The notes under the pieces are model-generated. The model did not search any database, was not told the origin of the DNA, and saw only the letters and a list, made by a program, of their open reading frames with translations. A program made the position numbers and the translations under genes. Positions 1 to 11,669 of a stretch of DNA of 64,000 nucleotides are shown here, piece after piece. Source of the DNA: Octopus vulgaris (taxonomy: Eukaryota); contig OX597818.1 of assembly GCA_951406725.2 (NCBI GenBank), positions 128,898,001 through 128,962,000 of the forward strand, read 5' to 3'. How positions within the stretch are numbered: position 1 is the first letter of the stretch; every line of letters begins with the position of its first letter.

Positions 1-790
1 AAGGGATTTTAATCCAATATATTAATTTCAAATTTTGGGACAAAGCCATCAATTTTGGGGAAGGGAATAAATTGATTACTGGTACTTATTTTAGCGACCC
101 GAAAAGGCTGAAAGGCAAAGTTGATTTCAGCAGAATTTGAACTCTGAACATAAATGCCACCAGGCATTTTGCCCAGTGTGCGTGCAAATGATTCTGCCAG
201 CCCTTATACTGGTTTCGAATTTTGGCACAAGGCCAGCAATTTTGTGGGAGGAGCTAAGTCAATTACATTGACTCCAGTGCTCAAACGCTACTTATTTTAT
301 CAACCCCAAAAGGATGAAAGGCAAAGTCAGCCTTGGCAGAATTTGAACTCAAAATGTAAATACTGCTAAGCATTTTGCTCAATATAATAATAATTCTGCC
401 AGCTCGCCACCTTATTTTAACCCATCATATTACAAGCTAGTATTTATAGTAGTATTTTAGATGCAGTTTTCTTAAAAGTGAAATATTATTGCACTAAAGA
501 CTTACCGCATTGCATAGGTTGGAATATCATTGTTATAAAGAACAAAGAATTGATACGGAAGAGACTGAATTGCATAGCACTTGTGGGTGTCAGTAGTAAT
601 GTAGGTCTCTGTAGCACTGTGGCTCAACTTGGAAGGATCTACAAGGCAAAAAAAAAAAAGATGTAGCAAGTAAATACAAAGTATCAAAATAACCCTTTCT
701 ACTATAGGCACAAGGCCTGAAATTTGGGTGGAGGGGACCAGTCGATTACATCAACCCCAGTGTGTAACTGGTCCTTAATTTATCAACCCT
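1..790 (-). mobile_element. Cluster of old SINE family C fragments flanking the 506-638 exon
   Basis: Recurring gaaaggcaaagt..cagaatttgaactc (reverse B-box GAGTTCAAATTC) and the old-type tail (cttgtgcc-aaaatttgaaa or ctatagtagaaagg). Confidence 0.7.
506..638 (-). CDS. FUZ: Internal coding exon of a Fuzzy (planar cell polarity effector, CPLANE) homolog, near the C-terminus
   Basis: Acceptor tttttttgccttgtag|ATCC and donor ATGCG|gtaagt; 133 nt, phase 1 to 2. Encodes (D)PSKLSHSATETYITTDTHKCYAIQSLPYQFFVLYNNDIPTYAMR, resembling the recalled Fuzzy C-terminal ETY..HKCYA..YQ.FV...IP..AMR segment. In frame with the 1656-1754 exon. Confidence 0.78.
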
Positions 791-821
791 TGCTGTCTGT
801 GGCATTGTATCATTCCCTCAG

Positions 822-1170
822 CTACTCAATTGTCCAAATACTGCAGTTCAAGACAGTAGCAATGAACCATGGATGTTGACCAGCATGGCGATGTCTGAGG
901 GCGTGTTCCCTCTGATTTCGTGTCAGTCTTGGCATGCTTGCTGTGTTCAGGAAACAAATGACAGGCAGGTAAATTTGGGTACCTTTTATATCCAATGAGT
1001 CAACGTTTTGCACGAGCCTCATGCTTTTCATAAAATGCATTCACAAGCATTACCATATTCATGAAAAGTGAGCGAGTTGCAACCTTACATTCAATCCTTG
1101 TGTTTGCAAAAGAGAGATGTCAATTTATCTAGAAATTTGATATAATCCATACGATCTCAATATCATGTGT
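822..1170 (-). mobile_element. Decayed Tc1-like transposon 5' fragment
   Basis: ATG at 935 gives MPRLTRNQREHAL...IATVLNCSIWTIE, a typical Tc1 N-terminal paired-like HTH, then truncated. Confidence 0.55.
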
Positions 1171-1655
1171 GCAACAAATCTTTTACAGGGTGATGGTTCT
1201 TTTATAGTTCAGCGTATAATGATTATATATACATATATATATATATATATAATACATCCTATGGTAATCATAATATAACTGTCCAAGGACTGAACAGAAA
1301 ATACCTGATTTGAACAAAGTGTATATAATAATTAAATGAAAGTAAATTCCAGGAATTCTCATTCCAGCAAGCTTCAAATATATATATATTCATATTTTGT
1401 CTAAAACATGCCACCTTATTAGTTCTGGTGACACAAATCAAATTCTCCCCAAAAATTCTATTTTACTAAACTAACTACTATACAAGCTTGTACATAACTA
1501 TTTCAACTTCACTATTGTACTATTGTACATAACTATTAAACTTCACTAATTAATGGTGACTCCCTGTAGTAAAAATGGAACCAGAAAAAAATTAGAATTT
1601 TCAAAAACAAATAAAATCATCTTCAAAGTGAAATAAAACTTTCTCTTTGAAATAC

Positions 1656-1754
1656 CTGTGTTGCTCTGATCAACAGTTGAGGCAAAAAACGAGCCAATAA
1701 TCTGATGGTAGAAGCTTCGTAAGATTTCTATCCGTTCCTTTCGGGATAAAGTTC
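1656..1754 (-). CDS. FUZ: Internal coding exon of the Fuzzy homolog, upstream of the 506-638 exon
   Basis: Acceptor ttatatttccag|GAAC and donor ACACAG|gtattt; 99 nt, phase 1 to 1. Encodes TLSRKERIEILRSFYHQIIGSFFASTVDQSNT, similar to the recalled human FUZ RRRLLRNFYTLVTSTHF motif. Confidence 0.75.
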
Positions 1755-1886
1755 CTGGAAATATAATAAAAATAGAAGAAATTAAGTCTCTGGAATTTAG
1801 TGTTATTTTCCCTTCCACTGTGATTTTTTTTCTTTATGTTCTTCAAGTTAGGCAGGAAAACTGGGTTAATATTTTGTTATTGCATA

Positions 1887-2300
1887 CAGGAGTGGCTGTG
1901 TGGTAAGTAGCTTGCTAACCAACCACATGGTTCCGGGTTCAGTCCCACTGCGTGGCATCTTGGGCAAGTGTCTTCTGCTATAGCCCCGGGCTGACCAATG
2001 CCTTGTGAGTGGATTTGGTAGACGGAAACTGAAAGAAGCTTGTCGTATATATGTATATATATATATATGCATGTGTGTGTTTGTGTGTCTGTGTTTGTCC
2101 CCCTAGCATTGCTTGACAACCGATGCTGGTGTGTTTACGTCCCCATCACTTAGCAGTTCGGCAAAAGAGACCGATAGAATAAGTACTGGGCTTACAAAGA
2201 ATAAGTTCCGGGGTCGAATTGCTCGACTAAAGGCGGTGCTCCAGCATGGCCACAGTCAAATGACTGAAACAAGTAAAAGAGTAAAGAGAGTAAAGAGAGT
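1887..2300 (+). mobile_element. tRNA-derived SINE family A, full length
   Basis: A-box-like TGGCTGTGTGGT, B-box-like GGTTCAGTCCC, internal (TA)n/(TG)n and (GTAAAGAGA)n tail; near-identical copies elsewhere in the window. Confidence 0.9.
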
Positions 2301-2339
2301 ATAATAATGCATTGAGAAAAAGAAGTTAAAGCAGAAACT

Positions 2340-2374
<35 letters not shown>

Positions 2375-2376
<2 letters not shown>

Positions 2377-2640
2377 TGGCACCTGTGTCGGTGGCACATA
2401 AAAACACCATCTGAGCGTGGCCGTCTGCCAGCCTCGTCTGGCACCTGTGTCGGTGGCACATAAAATCACCCACTACACTCACGGAGTGGTTGGCGTTAGG
2501 AAGGGCATCCAGCTGTAGAAACACTGCCAGATCTGACTGGCCTGGTGCAGCCTTTGAGCTTGCCAGACCCCAGTTGAACCATCCAACCCATGCTAGCATG
2601 GAAAGCGGACGTTAAACGATGATGATGATGATGATGATGA
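2375..2640 (+). mobile_element. SINE/LINE-tail repeat family D, 3' portion ending in (GAT)n
   Basis: ggagtggttggcgttaggaagggcatccagctgtagaa...ccaacccatgctagcatggaaagcggacgttaaacgatgatg; other copies near 8690-8886, 13500-13795 and 23356-23655. Confidence 0.8.
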
Positions 2641-3572
2641 TATATATATATATAAGAATGATCAGAAAATAAGAAAAGCAGGAAAAGAAAATCCATCGAC
2701 TTCCATTTCTGAAAATTCAAGCATTGGCCAGAAAACCTTTTATCCATCAACCAGAAGCACCACAGGTTGTTCAATAAAAAAACATACATATTGTTTATAG
2801 TCACATAGAAAACAGCACAAGCCTGATGGCTTGGAGCAATAGACCTAATTGCATACAAAGTCACATCAAACTGAACAACACAAGCATTTACAGCAGCATG
2901 ACATCCTGATTACCAAAAGGCATATGCCTTTCAAAGGCAATAGCATACTGAGGTAAAGCACAATCTGAAGATGGTGTGAAGAGGGAATATAGAAAGCTGA
3001 CAAGAAACATATTTAATATCAGATGCGCACAACTCAACCACACTTTCAGAAACAGAAGTAAAAGATATAAACCTTACTATTCCAGTATACTTGGACCTTA
3101 ATGAAAAACAGAGATGGAGTCCCTGCATAGTTGCTTAAATTGCTAAAAACAGTAGTTTAATTCTTTCAAATCATTTCTTCCGATTTTACAAAAAGGCTAC
3201 ATTGGACAATATATTTGTATATACACAAAGAAGAGTTTCATGGCCAGCATGCTTTTGATCACTAAAAATATTGTTAAAATGTTGGTTTCAAATTTTGGCA
3301 CAAGGCCAGCATTTTCAAAGGAAGGGATAAGTTGATTATATTGACCCCAGTGTTCAGCAGGTACTTATTTTACATACCCCAAAATGATGAAAGGCAGAGT
3401 CGACCTTGGCAGAATTTGAATTCAGAAGATAGAGGAAATGCTGTTAAACATTTTGCCCAGCAAGCTAACAATTCTGCCAGCCGGCCACTTTCCCCAGCTC
3501 TTTTTAATTTAAAAAATACCCTTCTACCTCTTATACAAGCATTTATGCAGAAAGACTTAAATACATATATAT

Positions 3573-3947
3573 TCTCTTTTACTCCTTTACTTGTTTCAGT
3601 CATTTGACTGCGGCCATGCTGGAGCACTGCCTTTAATCGAGCAACTCGACCCTGGGACTTATTTTTTTGTAAGCCCAGTACTTATTCTATCGGTCTCTTT
3701 TGCCGAACTGCTAAGTAACGAGGATATAAACACACCAGCAATGCTAGGGGGACAAACACAGACACACGCATATATATAAAACATATATACAGGCTTCTTT
3801 CAGTTTCCGTCTACCAAATCCACTTACAAGGCTTTGGTCAGCCCGAGGCTATAGCAGAAGACACTTGCTCAAGGTGCCACGCAGTGGGACTGAACCCGGA
3901 ACCATGTGGTTGGTAAACAAGCTACTTACCACACAGCCACTCCTGCG
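3573..3947 (-). mobile_element. SINE family A
   Basis: Reverse complement of the 1887-2300 copy with a small internal deletion. Confidence 0.9.
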
Positions 3948-5231
3948 TATATATTCACAAACTTACAAATATTCACATATATATACATGCTAAAATGGAA
4001 GCATAAACTCAGTCATTTCCTCACACACACACACAACATATACATACATGCACATATGCACACACATTCTGGTGTAGAGTATATAAAATTCTCATCACTA
4101 AATCAAACCGTGTGAACTGCACCAGGTGTGTGCATGCATGTGCATATATGCATATTTATGCCAATACATGTGTGTGTACAGTTATGTGTGTATGAGTGCA
4201 GAGACTTCAGATTGACATGAGCATAGAACATCCAGGAAGTTGACTGTGGAAAACTTTGCTTGACACCCTCCCCCGTCAACCTATACCCCCACCAAGAAGA
4301 GTATGAATTTTAGTGAAACCTTTCTTTGAGGTTACAAGAGATCACAATAAATTTCTTAATTCCATTTACTATACTCAATATTCCATTATTATTGATTTCT
4401 TTTTTTTTTTTTTTTTTTTTTTGTGTTTCTTATTCTTCTATGCTGAAATAGTTAACTGTAAAAGAATCTGATAAGAATTGGGTTAGAGAAGAGGAATAGA
4501 CAAATGTAAATAAATAAATAGACAAAAAAAAGTTAAGGACAAAAAAAAAAAATGAACATTAAAATATAGAAGCAAAAAAAAAAAAATGATGGCGCGAGCA
4601 TGAAATGTTACTAATTGGTGTTCCACTTTCAGTATCCAATACACCTACCCCAATCTCATTCCTTAACACATCCCCTCTCTGTCGCTCTCCTCCACAACCC
4701 ACCATCACCTTAAGTCGTCATCATCATCATCATCATCATCTTTAGTAGCAGCAACAATATTAATAATGGAATTGTTTCAGTTACTTTCACGCCATCTTTG
4801 TAATCATTATCATCAATATCATCATTATTAGTAATTATCGACAGCATTAAAATTATTGCTGTATTCATCATTGTCATTATTGCTGTAATCGTTATGTACT
4901 TGCCGTTAGGTATGGTGCATCAAAAACATATATATATGTATATAAAAAACACATTAACCCCAGTAAAAAAAAAAAAAAATACAACAACCATTATAACATA
5001 TAATCGCAATGAAAAAAAAAATGATAATCTGTTTCTCATTTAAATATGCGGGAGAGGTTAGTCAATTAAATTGACCCCAGTATTTGACAGGTACTTTATT
5101 TTATTGACACCCCAGAAATATGAAATGCAAAGCCTGAGCTCAGTGGGATTTGAACTAAGAACGTAAAGAGCTGAAAGAACTACTGCAAGAAATTTTGCTT
5201 AATGCCCTAACAATTCTGCCAAGCCACCAGC

Positions 5232-5232
5232 C

Positions 5233-5303
<71 letters not shown>

Positions 5304-5342
5304 GTCGTCGTCGTCGTCGTCACCATCATCATCATCATCATC

Positions 5343-5380
<38 letters not shown>
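5232..5380. repeat. Compound trinucleotide microsatellite (TAA)n(GTC)n(CAT)n(TAA)n
   Basis: Directly visible; explains the poly-N and poly-Y ORFs. Confidence 0.95.
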
Positions 5381-5619
5381 TTCTTTTATTTGTCACCAGG
5401 GCAATAATGACAAATATAATATTGTCTGCAAGTTCAAGGTGGCGAGTTGGCAGAATTGTTAGCACATGGGGCAAAATGCTTAGCAGCATTTTGTTCGTCT
5501 TTAGGTTTTGAGTTCAAATTTCACCGAGGTCGATTTTGCCTTTCATCCTTTCAGAGCCAATAAAATAAGTTCCTTGAAATTGCTGGCCTTTTTGTCAAAA
5601 TTTGAAGCCAATATTGTCT

Positions 5620-6131
5620 GCATGTATGAAAGTACCAAGAAAATACATTGACTACCAGAAGAAGCAAAGAGCAAACAAAATGTAAAGGAATTAAAGATAA
5701 CCGAAACTGAGGCTGCAATAAGAGAAACAAAAGACCCTACTGTGAAAGCAAAATAAAACGTACAAGCCAAATCAAATGGAATCTCAGAGCTATGTAAGAG
5801 ATGGAAAAGTAAGAAAGACATTACGTGGCAAATAGCCTACAAAGACCAGTGATCCTGACGTTGATACAAATATGACGCATCGTTGCATCTGGACTTAAAT
5901 TGGAAACAGAGGGCGTTTCAGGATCAGTGTCTAATCACCAGAAACTACCAAGTAAACATTATTAAAAATGGTGCTGATTCTGCTTGCCACTTTTGTGGTA
6001 CAGCCAGAGAAACAAGTGACCACCTCATCACTGGATGCTCTGTGTTAGCTTCAAATGAATATATTAATCATCATAATGGTTTTGGCCAGAATTTGCACTG
6101 GCTCATATGTCATAAGTCTGGAGTTCTATAG
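5620..6131 (+). mobile_element. Decayed R4/Dong-like (restriction-like endonuclease clade) non-LTR retrotransposon ORF fragment
   Basis: GLKLETEG..QDQCLITRNY followed by the CCHC knuckle CHFCGTARETSDHLITGC and EYINHHN..LHWLIC; frameshifted. Confidence 0.8.
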
Positions 6132-6147
6132 GAAACAACAGGTAGGG

Positions 6148-6389
6148 ACAATGTGACAAGGCTGGCCCTTAAAAATATGGGTACAACTAATTTTTCCCAG
6201 CTGAGTGGATGGGAGCAACATGAAATAAAGTGTCTTGTTTAAGGAAACAACAAGGCATCAGGAATTAAACTCATGACAGTACAATTGTGAGCCAGATACT
6301 CTAACCACTAAGTCATGTGGCTTCACTCTACAATATATCTTGAGCACTCTTATTTTGTTCATGATATTACTTGGACTTGCAACTTACTA

Positions 6390-6420
<31 letters not shown>

Positions 6421-6952
6421 GTATGTATGTGAATTGCAATTTAACAAAAACTACTCGATGCTGTTAGTGCCTGCCAAAATAGAAAATAAGATATCATCAT
6501 TGTTTGGGACTTAAGTATTCAAATTGATTGAACTATTCAGGCCTATAGCCCAGATATTGTGATAAAAAAATCACATTGACAACACATGTATGCTCATGGG
6601 CGTATGCTTCATTGATGCATTTTGTCCCAGAAGCAGCTGGCTACTGAACAGCATTGAGTAGTTTTTGTTAAATTGCAATTCACATACATACATGTAAATA
6701 CACACACACATAGTAAGTTGCAAGTCCAAGTAATATCATGAACAAAATAAGAGTGCTCAAGATATATTGTAGAGTGAAGCCACATGACTTAGTGGTTAGA
6801 GTATTTGGCTCACAATTGTAATGTCATGAGTTTAATTCCTGATGCCTTGTTGTTTCCCTAAGTAAGACACTTTATTTCATGTTGCTCCCATCCACTCAGC
6901 TGGGAAAAATGAGTTGTACCCATATTTTTAAGTGCCAGCCTTGTCACATTGT
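6148..6952. repeat. Inverted duplication: arms 6148-6465 and 6647-6952, 181-bp spacer
   Basis: Arms are near-perfect reverse complements, e.g. gtgaattgcaatttaacaaaaactactc / gagtagtttttgttaaattgcaattcac. Confidence 0.92.
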
Positions 6953-7100
6953 GTGTCACACTGAATCTCCCCGAGAACTATGTTAAGTGTATGCATGTCT
7001 GTGGAGTACTCTGCCACTTGCACGTTAATTTTACCAGCAAGCTGTTCTATTGCTTGGATCAACTGGAACATTCATTGTCACAGTTGACACGGTGCCAGTA
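6775..7100 (+). mobile_element. Old, diverged SINE family B-related copy
   Basis: ttagtggttaga...gccttgtcac...ctgaatctccccgagaacta...cacttgcacgttaatt matches family B. Confidence 0.75.
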
Positions 7101-7456
7101 GAGTGACATTTATTGTAGTCAGAATTAGCATATTATTGCATCGCTTAAAAATTCAAGTTCACATCAAAATCTTTGCTGAGACATGCAACTCCTTGTTTAT
7201 GTGAGGTTTATTAACACTTAAATGGTGCATCATCAATTAACGTTTCATTAGAGAAAAGAAGACACCAATTGATGTTTCATTAGGGAAAAGAAGATATCAT
7301 CAATCGATATTTCAAAAACTTTACATGGATATAGCCATTGCCAGTTGATGCCCAAGTATCTACTTCATCAAATACACCTCAATGTAAGAAGCTCTTATCA
7401 GTGGGAAAAATAAAGTTGCAAATAGAAGACTGATATTGTAAGAAGATAGTTCTTAC

Positions 7457-7672
7457 ATTCTTTCATCATCAGATGAGGTAGATGATGATGATGATGATGA
7501 TACAAAGTTTGTCAAAACCTTTCAGTAATGAAGAAAATGGCTCTGACATTCTTTCATCATCATCATTTGATGATGATGATGATACAAAGTTTGTCAAAAA
7601 ATTTCAGTAATGAAGTAAATGGTTCTGACATTCTTTCATCATCAGATGAGGTAGATGATGATGATGATGATG
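7457..7672 (+). repeat. Three imperfect tandem ~81-90-bp units containing (GAT)n, possibly within a decayed piggyBac-like N-terminal region (to ~8330)
   Basis: acattctttcatcatcagatgaggtagatgatgat occurs three times. Acidic translation; downstream ESEYFSEFFANEIV and an aaggttaa end are only weakly piggyBac-like. Confidence 0.5.
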
Positions 7673-8934
7673 CTCTAGACAGCATAGAAGAAAGTAATGC
7701 TTCAACTAACTCAGGATGGAAGAAGTCCACCAATTTTTCTCCAGCTGAGTAGACTGGAGAAAAATATCGAATAAGTAAAAAATAAAAGAAAGCTTGTAAA
7801 ATGGAAAAATTAAATGTAGATTATGAAGAGGTGATTCTGTCTATGTAAAGTACCCGCCACCCAACACAATACCAAAATTGTGCTGTAGTGAAATTAACAA
7901 ACTGAGTACCATGGAAACCAAGGGACAACTGTGCACGTGTGTAAATATGAGTGTATGTATGTAACAATGTGGGACTCTTTCAAGGCCCCATGATCGGAAT
8001 GAGTATGTCGAAATGCTTAGAGGGCATTCTGAGTAATGCTTAAACTAACACTGAATTAAAGAAGTCCACCAGTTTTTCTCCATTTGTAAGTTTGTTTGAC
8101 AATAATACAGGAATCTCAAATAAATTTATGTTCGTGTTGGATATGCAACAGAAAGTGAATACTTTTCGGAATTTTTTGCCAATGAGATTGTAAGTTTTTG
8201 TAAATTTTGTACTTATTTAGAGAGAAAATATGCATAAAAATTACCCTTAAATAAGCAAAAAGTTATTTTTTGCTTTTTGCCTGTTTGGCACACACATTAA
8301 TGCAACACTTTCCTGCTGTATAAAGGTTAACTCCCTCAGATCAGATAATTTATTATGTGAAATTTTTTTCAAATTCTAACATTTTTGAATAAATTATCAT
8401 TATAAATTACTATTTTCTAATAGTAATTTTTATTGTGCGCTTTGATTGTACAACTAAGCATAGCTGTATGCATGCAGTATCTACTGGTGCAATTCTTTTG
8501 CATGTTATGATGGTATACTCACTACCATCTTAACCTCTCTTTCCAACCACTCATACCCTTCCTTATATAATGCAGACTCGCCAGTAAGATACCAGTTCTT
8601 GTCTCTCTATCATAGTTTAACCACTCAACAACTTACATAAAACCAACTCTCTCCCTCTCTACCACTACACGCCCATTCAATCAAGGGGACTTTTTCTCTG
8701 CCTGGTGAGTTACTTGGTGACCTCACTCATGCTGGTGCCTGAAAAGAGCACCCAGTAGACTCTGTAGAGTGGTTGGCATTGGGAAGGGTATCCAACCAAA
8801 GTAATCGTGCCAAAGCAGACATTGGAGTTTGACAATAAATTTTCCAACCCATGCTGCCATGGAAGATAGATGATGATGATGATGATGTATATGAGTTTTT
8901 GCCTATGTATTTTTTTACAAATTTCTTTCACCTT

Positions 8935-9120
8935 CTCAAGGTTCCTGTTTGTGTAGTAATTGTTTCTGTTTTCAGCCCTCACATTCTGGTTGTCTCTATT
9001 TTTGGACCTAAATATATTTGGATCATTTCTCTAATTCTTTTAGAGATATGTTATCATCTATCCAGACTGATACTTCAATAAAGAGACATCTCCTTTCCTG
9101 GTGCTCCTTAACAATGTAAT
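8935..9120 (-). mobile_element. Decayed restriction-like endonuclease domain of an R4/Dong-like retrotransposon
   Basis: Minus-strand IVKEHQERRCLFIEVSVWIDDNISLKELEK*SKY...TRM*GLKTETI resembles the PD..D..K..KY RLE motif. Confidence 0.7.
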
Positions 9121-9504
9121 GTTCCCTCAACCATTGCCCTTGTGGCAAACAAAGAAACATTATCTATTATTATTGTTATTAGGGTGAAGAAGCATGGCCT
9201 AGTGGTTAGGCTGTTACACTCATGATCAGGAGATCATGGTTTCAGTTTCTAGACTGGGTGGTGCATTATGTTCTTGAGCAAGACACTTCATCTCATATTA
9301 TTCTTCAATCACTTTCACCACCTGACTTGTGGTACACCATACACCTGTTTGGACAACGTCAATTTGATGGCAGGAGTGAGGTAATGTATGGCACCTATAT
9401 TTGATCACTATAAACAAATCATTTGTGCAGGTCATAGAGCAAAAAAAAAAAAAAAAAGATAGCTGAACACTCACACGTCCTCTTCAACAGGGGAGTCCAT
9501 CATT

Positions 9505-10305
9505 ATTGAGGCAGTGAGCTGGCGGAATTGTTAGCACATTGGACAAAATGCTTAGTGGCATTTTGTCCAACTTTACATTCTAAGTTCAAATTCTGGCAAA
9601 GTTGACTCTACCTTTCATGCTTTAGGGGTCAATAAAATAGCAGTTGATCTATGGGGGTCGATGTAATCGATTTTCTCCCCCACCCTGAAATTGCTGGTCT
9701 TATGTCAGCTGGCAGAATTGTTAACATGCCAGGAAAATGCTTAGCAGCATTTCTTCCAGTTCTTTATGTTCTGAGTTCAAATTCTGTCACGGTCAACTTT
9801 GCCTTTCATCCTTTTGGGGTCAATAGAATAAGCACCAGTTGAATATTGGGGTTGATGTGATCGACTACCCCCACCCCACATCACCCTACCCAAATTTCTG
9901 GCCTTGTGCCTATAGTAGAAAAGGATTATTATTATTGGTGGCGAGCTGGCAGAATCATTAGCACACAGGATGAAATGCTTTGCAGCTACACTCTGAGTTC
10001 AAATTCCACTGAGGTCAACTCTGCCTTTCATCCTTTCCTGTTCGATGTAATCAACTATCCACATCCCCACAAATTCCAGGCCTTGTGCCTATGTTATAAA
10101 GGATTATTATCATTGTTGTTGTTAAGACAACAAGCTGGCAGAATCATCAGCACATTGGACAAAATGCTTTGTAAGCATTTATTCTGACACCTTACTTTCT
10201 GAGTTCAAATACCACCTAGAAAAACTTTGCATTTCGTCCTTTCAAGGCTGACCTGACTAAAACCCTCCACCAGAATTGCTGGCCTTGTGCCAAAACTTGA
10301 AATAA
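9505..10305 (+). mobile_element. Head-to-tail cluster of about four old SINE family C copies
   Basis: Repeated gagctggcagaat..ttagcac..aaaatgctt..ctgagttcaaattc..gcctttcatcc..ggccttgtgcc. Confidence 0.8.
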
Positions 10306-10344
10306 TTATAATTATTATTATTATCATTATTAATATTATTATAA

Positions 10345-10550
10345 TTGGCTTTTATGGGTTTTTCCACCAGGAACCTTTCGTAACGCCTCCCCCTATTGGG
10401 AGTTTTTCGTTGTTATATTATTTGATTGTTATACTGTTTTTACATGATTTTTTCACAAACGGACAAAACCCTTTGTAACCTTTCGTCCTGTTTTGTCCCT
10501 TTATGTTTCCAATCATGTGTGTCAGCCCTTGTGGCCAATAAAAAGAGTGA
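10345..10550 (+). mobile_element. LINE-like 3' terminal fragment inserted in (ATT)n
   Basis: Pyrimidine-rich UTR-like sequence ending cagcccttgtggccaataaaaaga, then (ATT)n; tail resembles the young SINE C tail. Confidence 0.5.
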
Positions 10551-11119
10551 ATTATTATTATTATTATTATATAAAGAAATCGGCGCTATTAGGAAATAAA
10601 CAAAGCAATTCTTGTGATAATAATTGTTGTTATTGTTGTTTGCCTAAAACAAATCAAGATGTTTGTTTGGTTGTTGTTATGTCATTTCCTTAACAAAGAC
10701 ATCTCCAGTGTGATTCAATCGAGAGAGACAGAGAGGCGGACGCAAGAGACTAATGACCAAAGTTGAATGTATTTTCATTAACAGATTGAATTTCATTCAA
10801 GAGAAGGACGGGAATGAATGGTGTGGTAATAGTGGTGGTGGTGGTGTGCACCAAGTAATGGTAGTGACAGTGGTGATGGTGGTAGTGTGCGTCATAGTGA
10901 AGTAGTATGTATGTAGTGATGGTGGTGGATGTGGACGTGTGCATGTGTTGATGGTAGTGATGTTATATTAAAGTGGTGTGTACCTAGAGATAGTGATATT
11001 GGTGGTGCACTGATTACAGTGGTATTTTGATAATGTGTTGCATACCAGTGTTGATGATAGTGTTCTGTGTACACTGATGGTAGTATTATCATGTTGTTAC
11101 CATGACGGCTAATATTGGG

Positions 11120-11657
11120 GGTTGTGTCCTATGCCCTGACCCGAGCATAGAATGGGGTTTGCCCCTTTGAGCTGGGAAATAGAATGCCTGGTGTGTGTGT
11201 CTTGTTGTGGCTACCCACTCCTAAAGAAAAAAATGGGGAATTGGCCTGGGTGTATATATATATATATATATATGAGCACCCCCCCCCCCATCCAATGGAC
11301 AGTGCTGAGTTGTCAGACATTTAAACCAAATTTTCTCAAAACAACTTGTCCAACCGTCCCATAGGCCTCCCCTTTGAGAAAAAATTGAATTAACCTAAAT
11401 TTGAGACACCAGCAAAAGAAGAAATAAAGATAGACTTTTTTTCTGTTCCAAGAAAAACGATTTTACAAATGCATGTTCCCACGGCTTTATTGATTGCATT
11501 CTCACTTGGAATGAATTTTTGTAATTTTTTCAAGACTTATACATGCCCTGATACCGTCAGTATCTACATATCAAATTTGAGCGCAATCAAATGGAGGATG
11601 CCTGATATCCTAGAAGACACACATACAGACAGGCAGAATGGATTTTATATAATAGAA
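11120..11657 (-). mobile_element. Probable non-autonomous Helitron-like element
   Basis: Minus-strand 5' end TCTATTATATAAAA..ctgcctgtctgtatgtgtgt..ctcaaatttgatatgtag is typical of Helitron 5' ends; 3' end unclear. Confidence 0.45.
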
Positions 11658-11669
11658 TATATATATATA

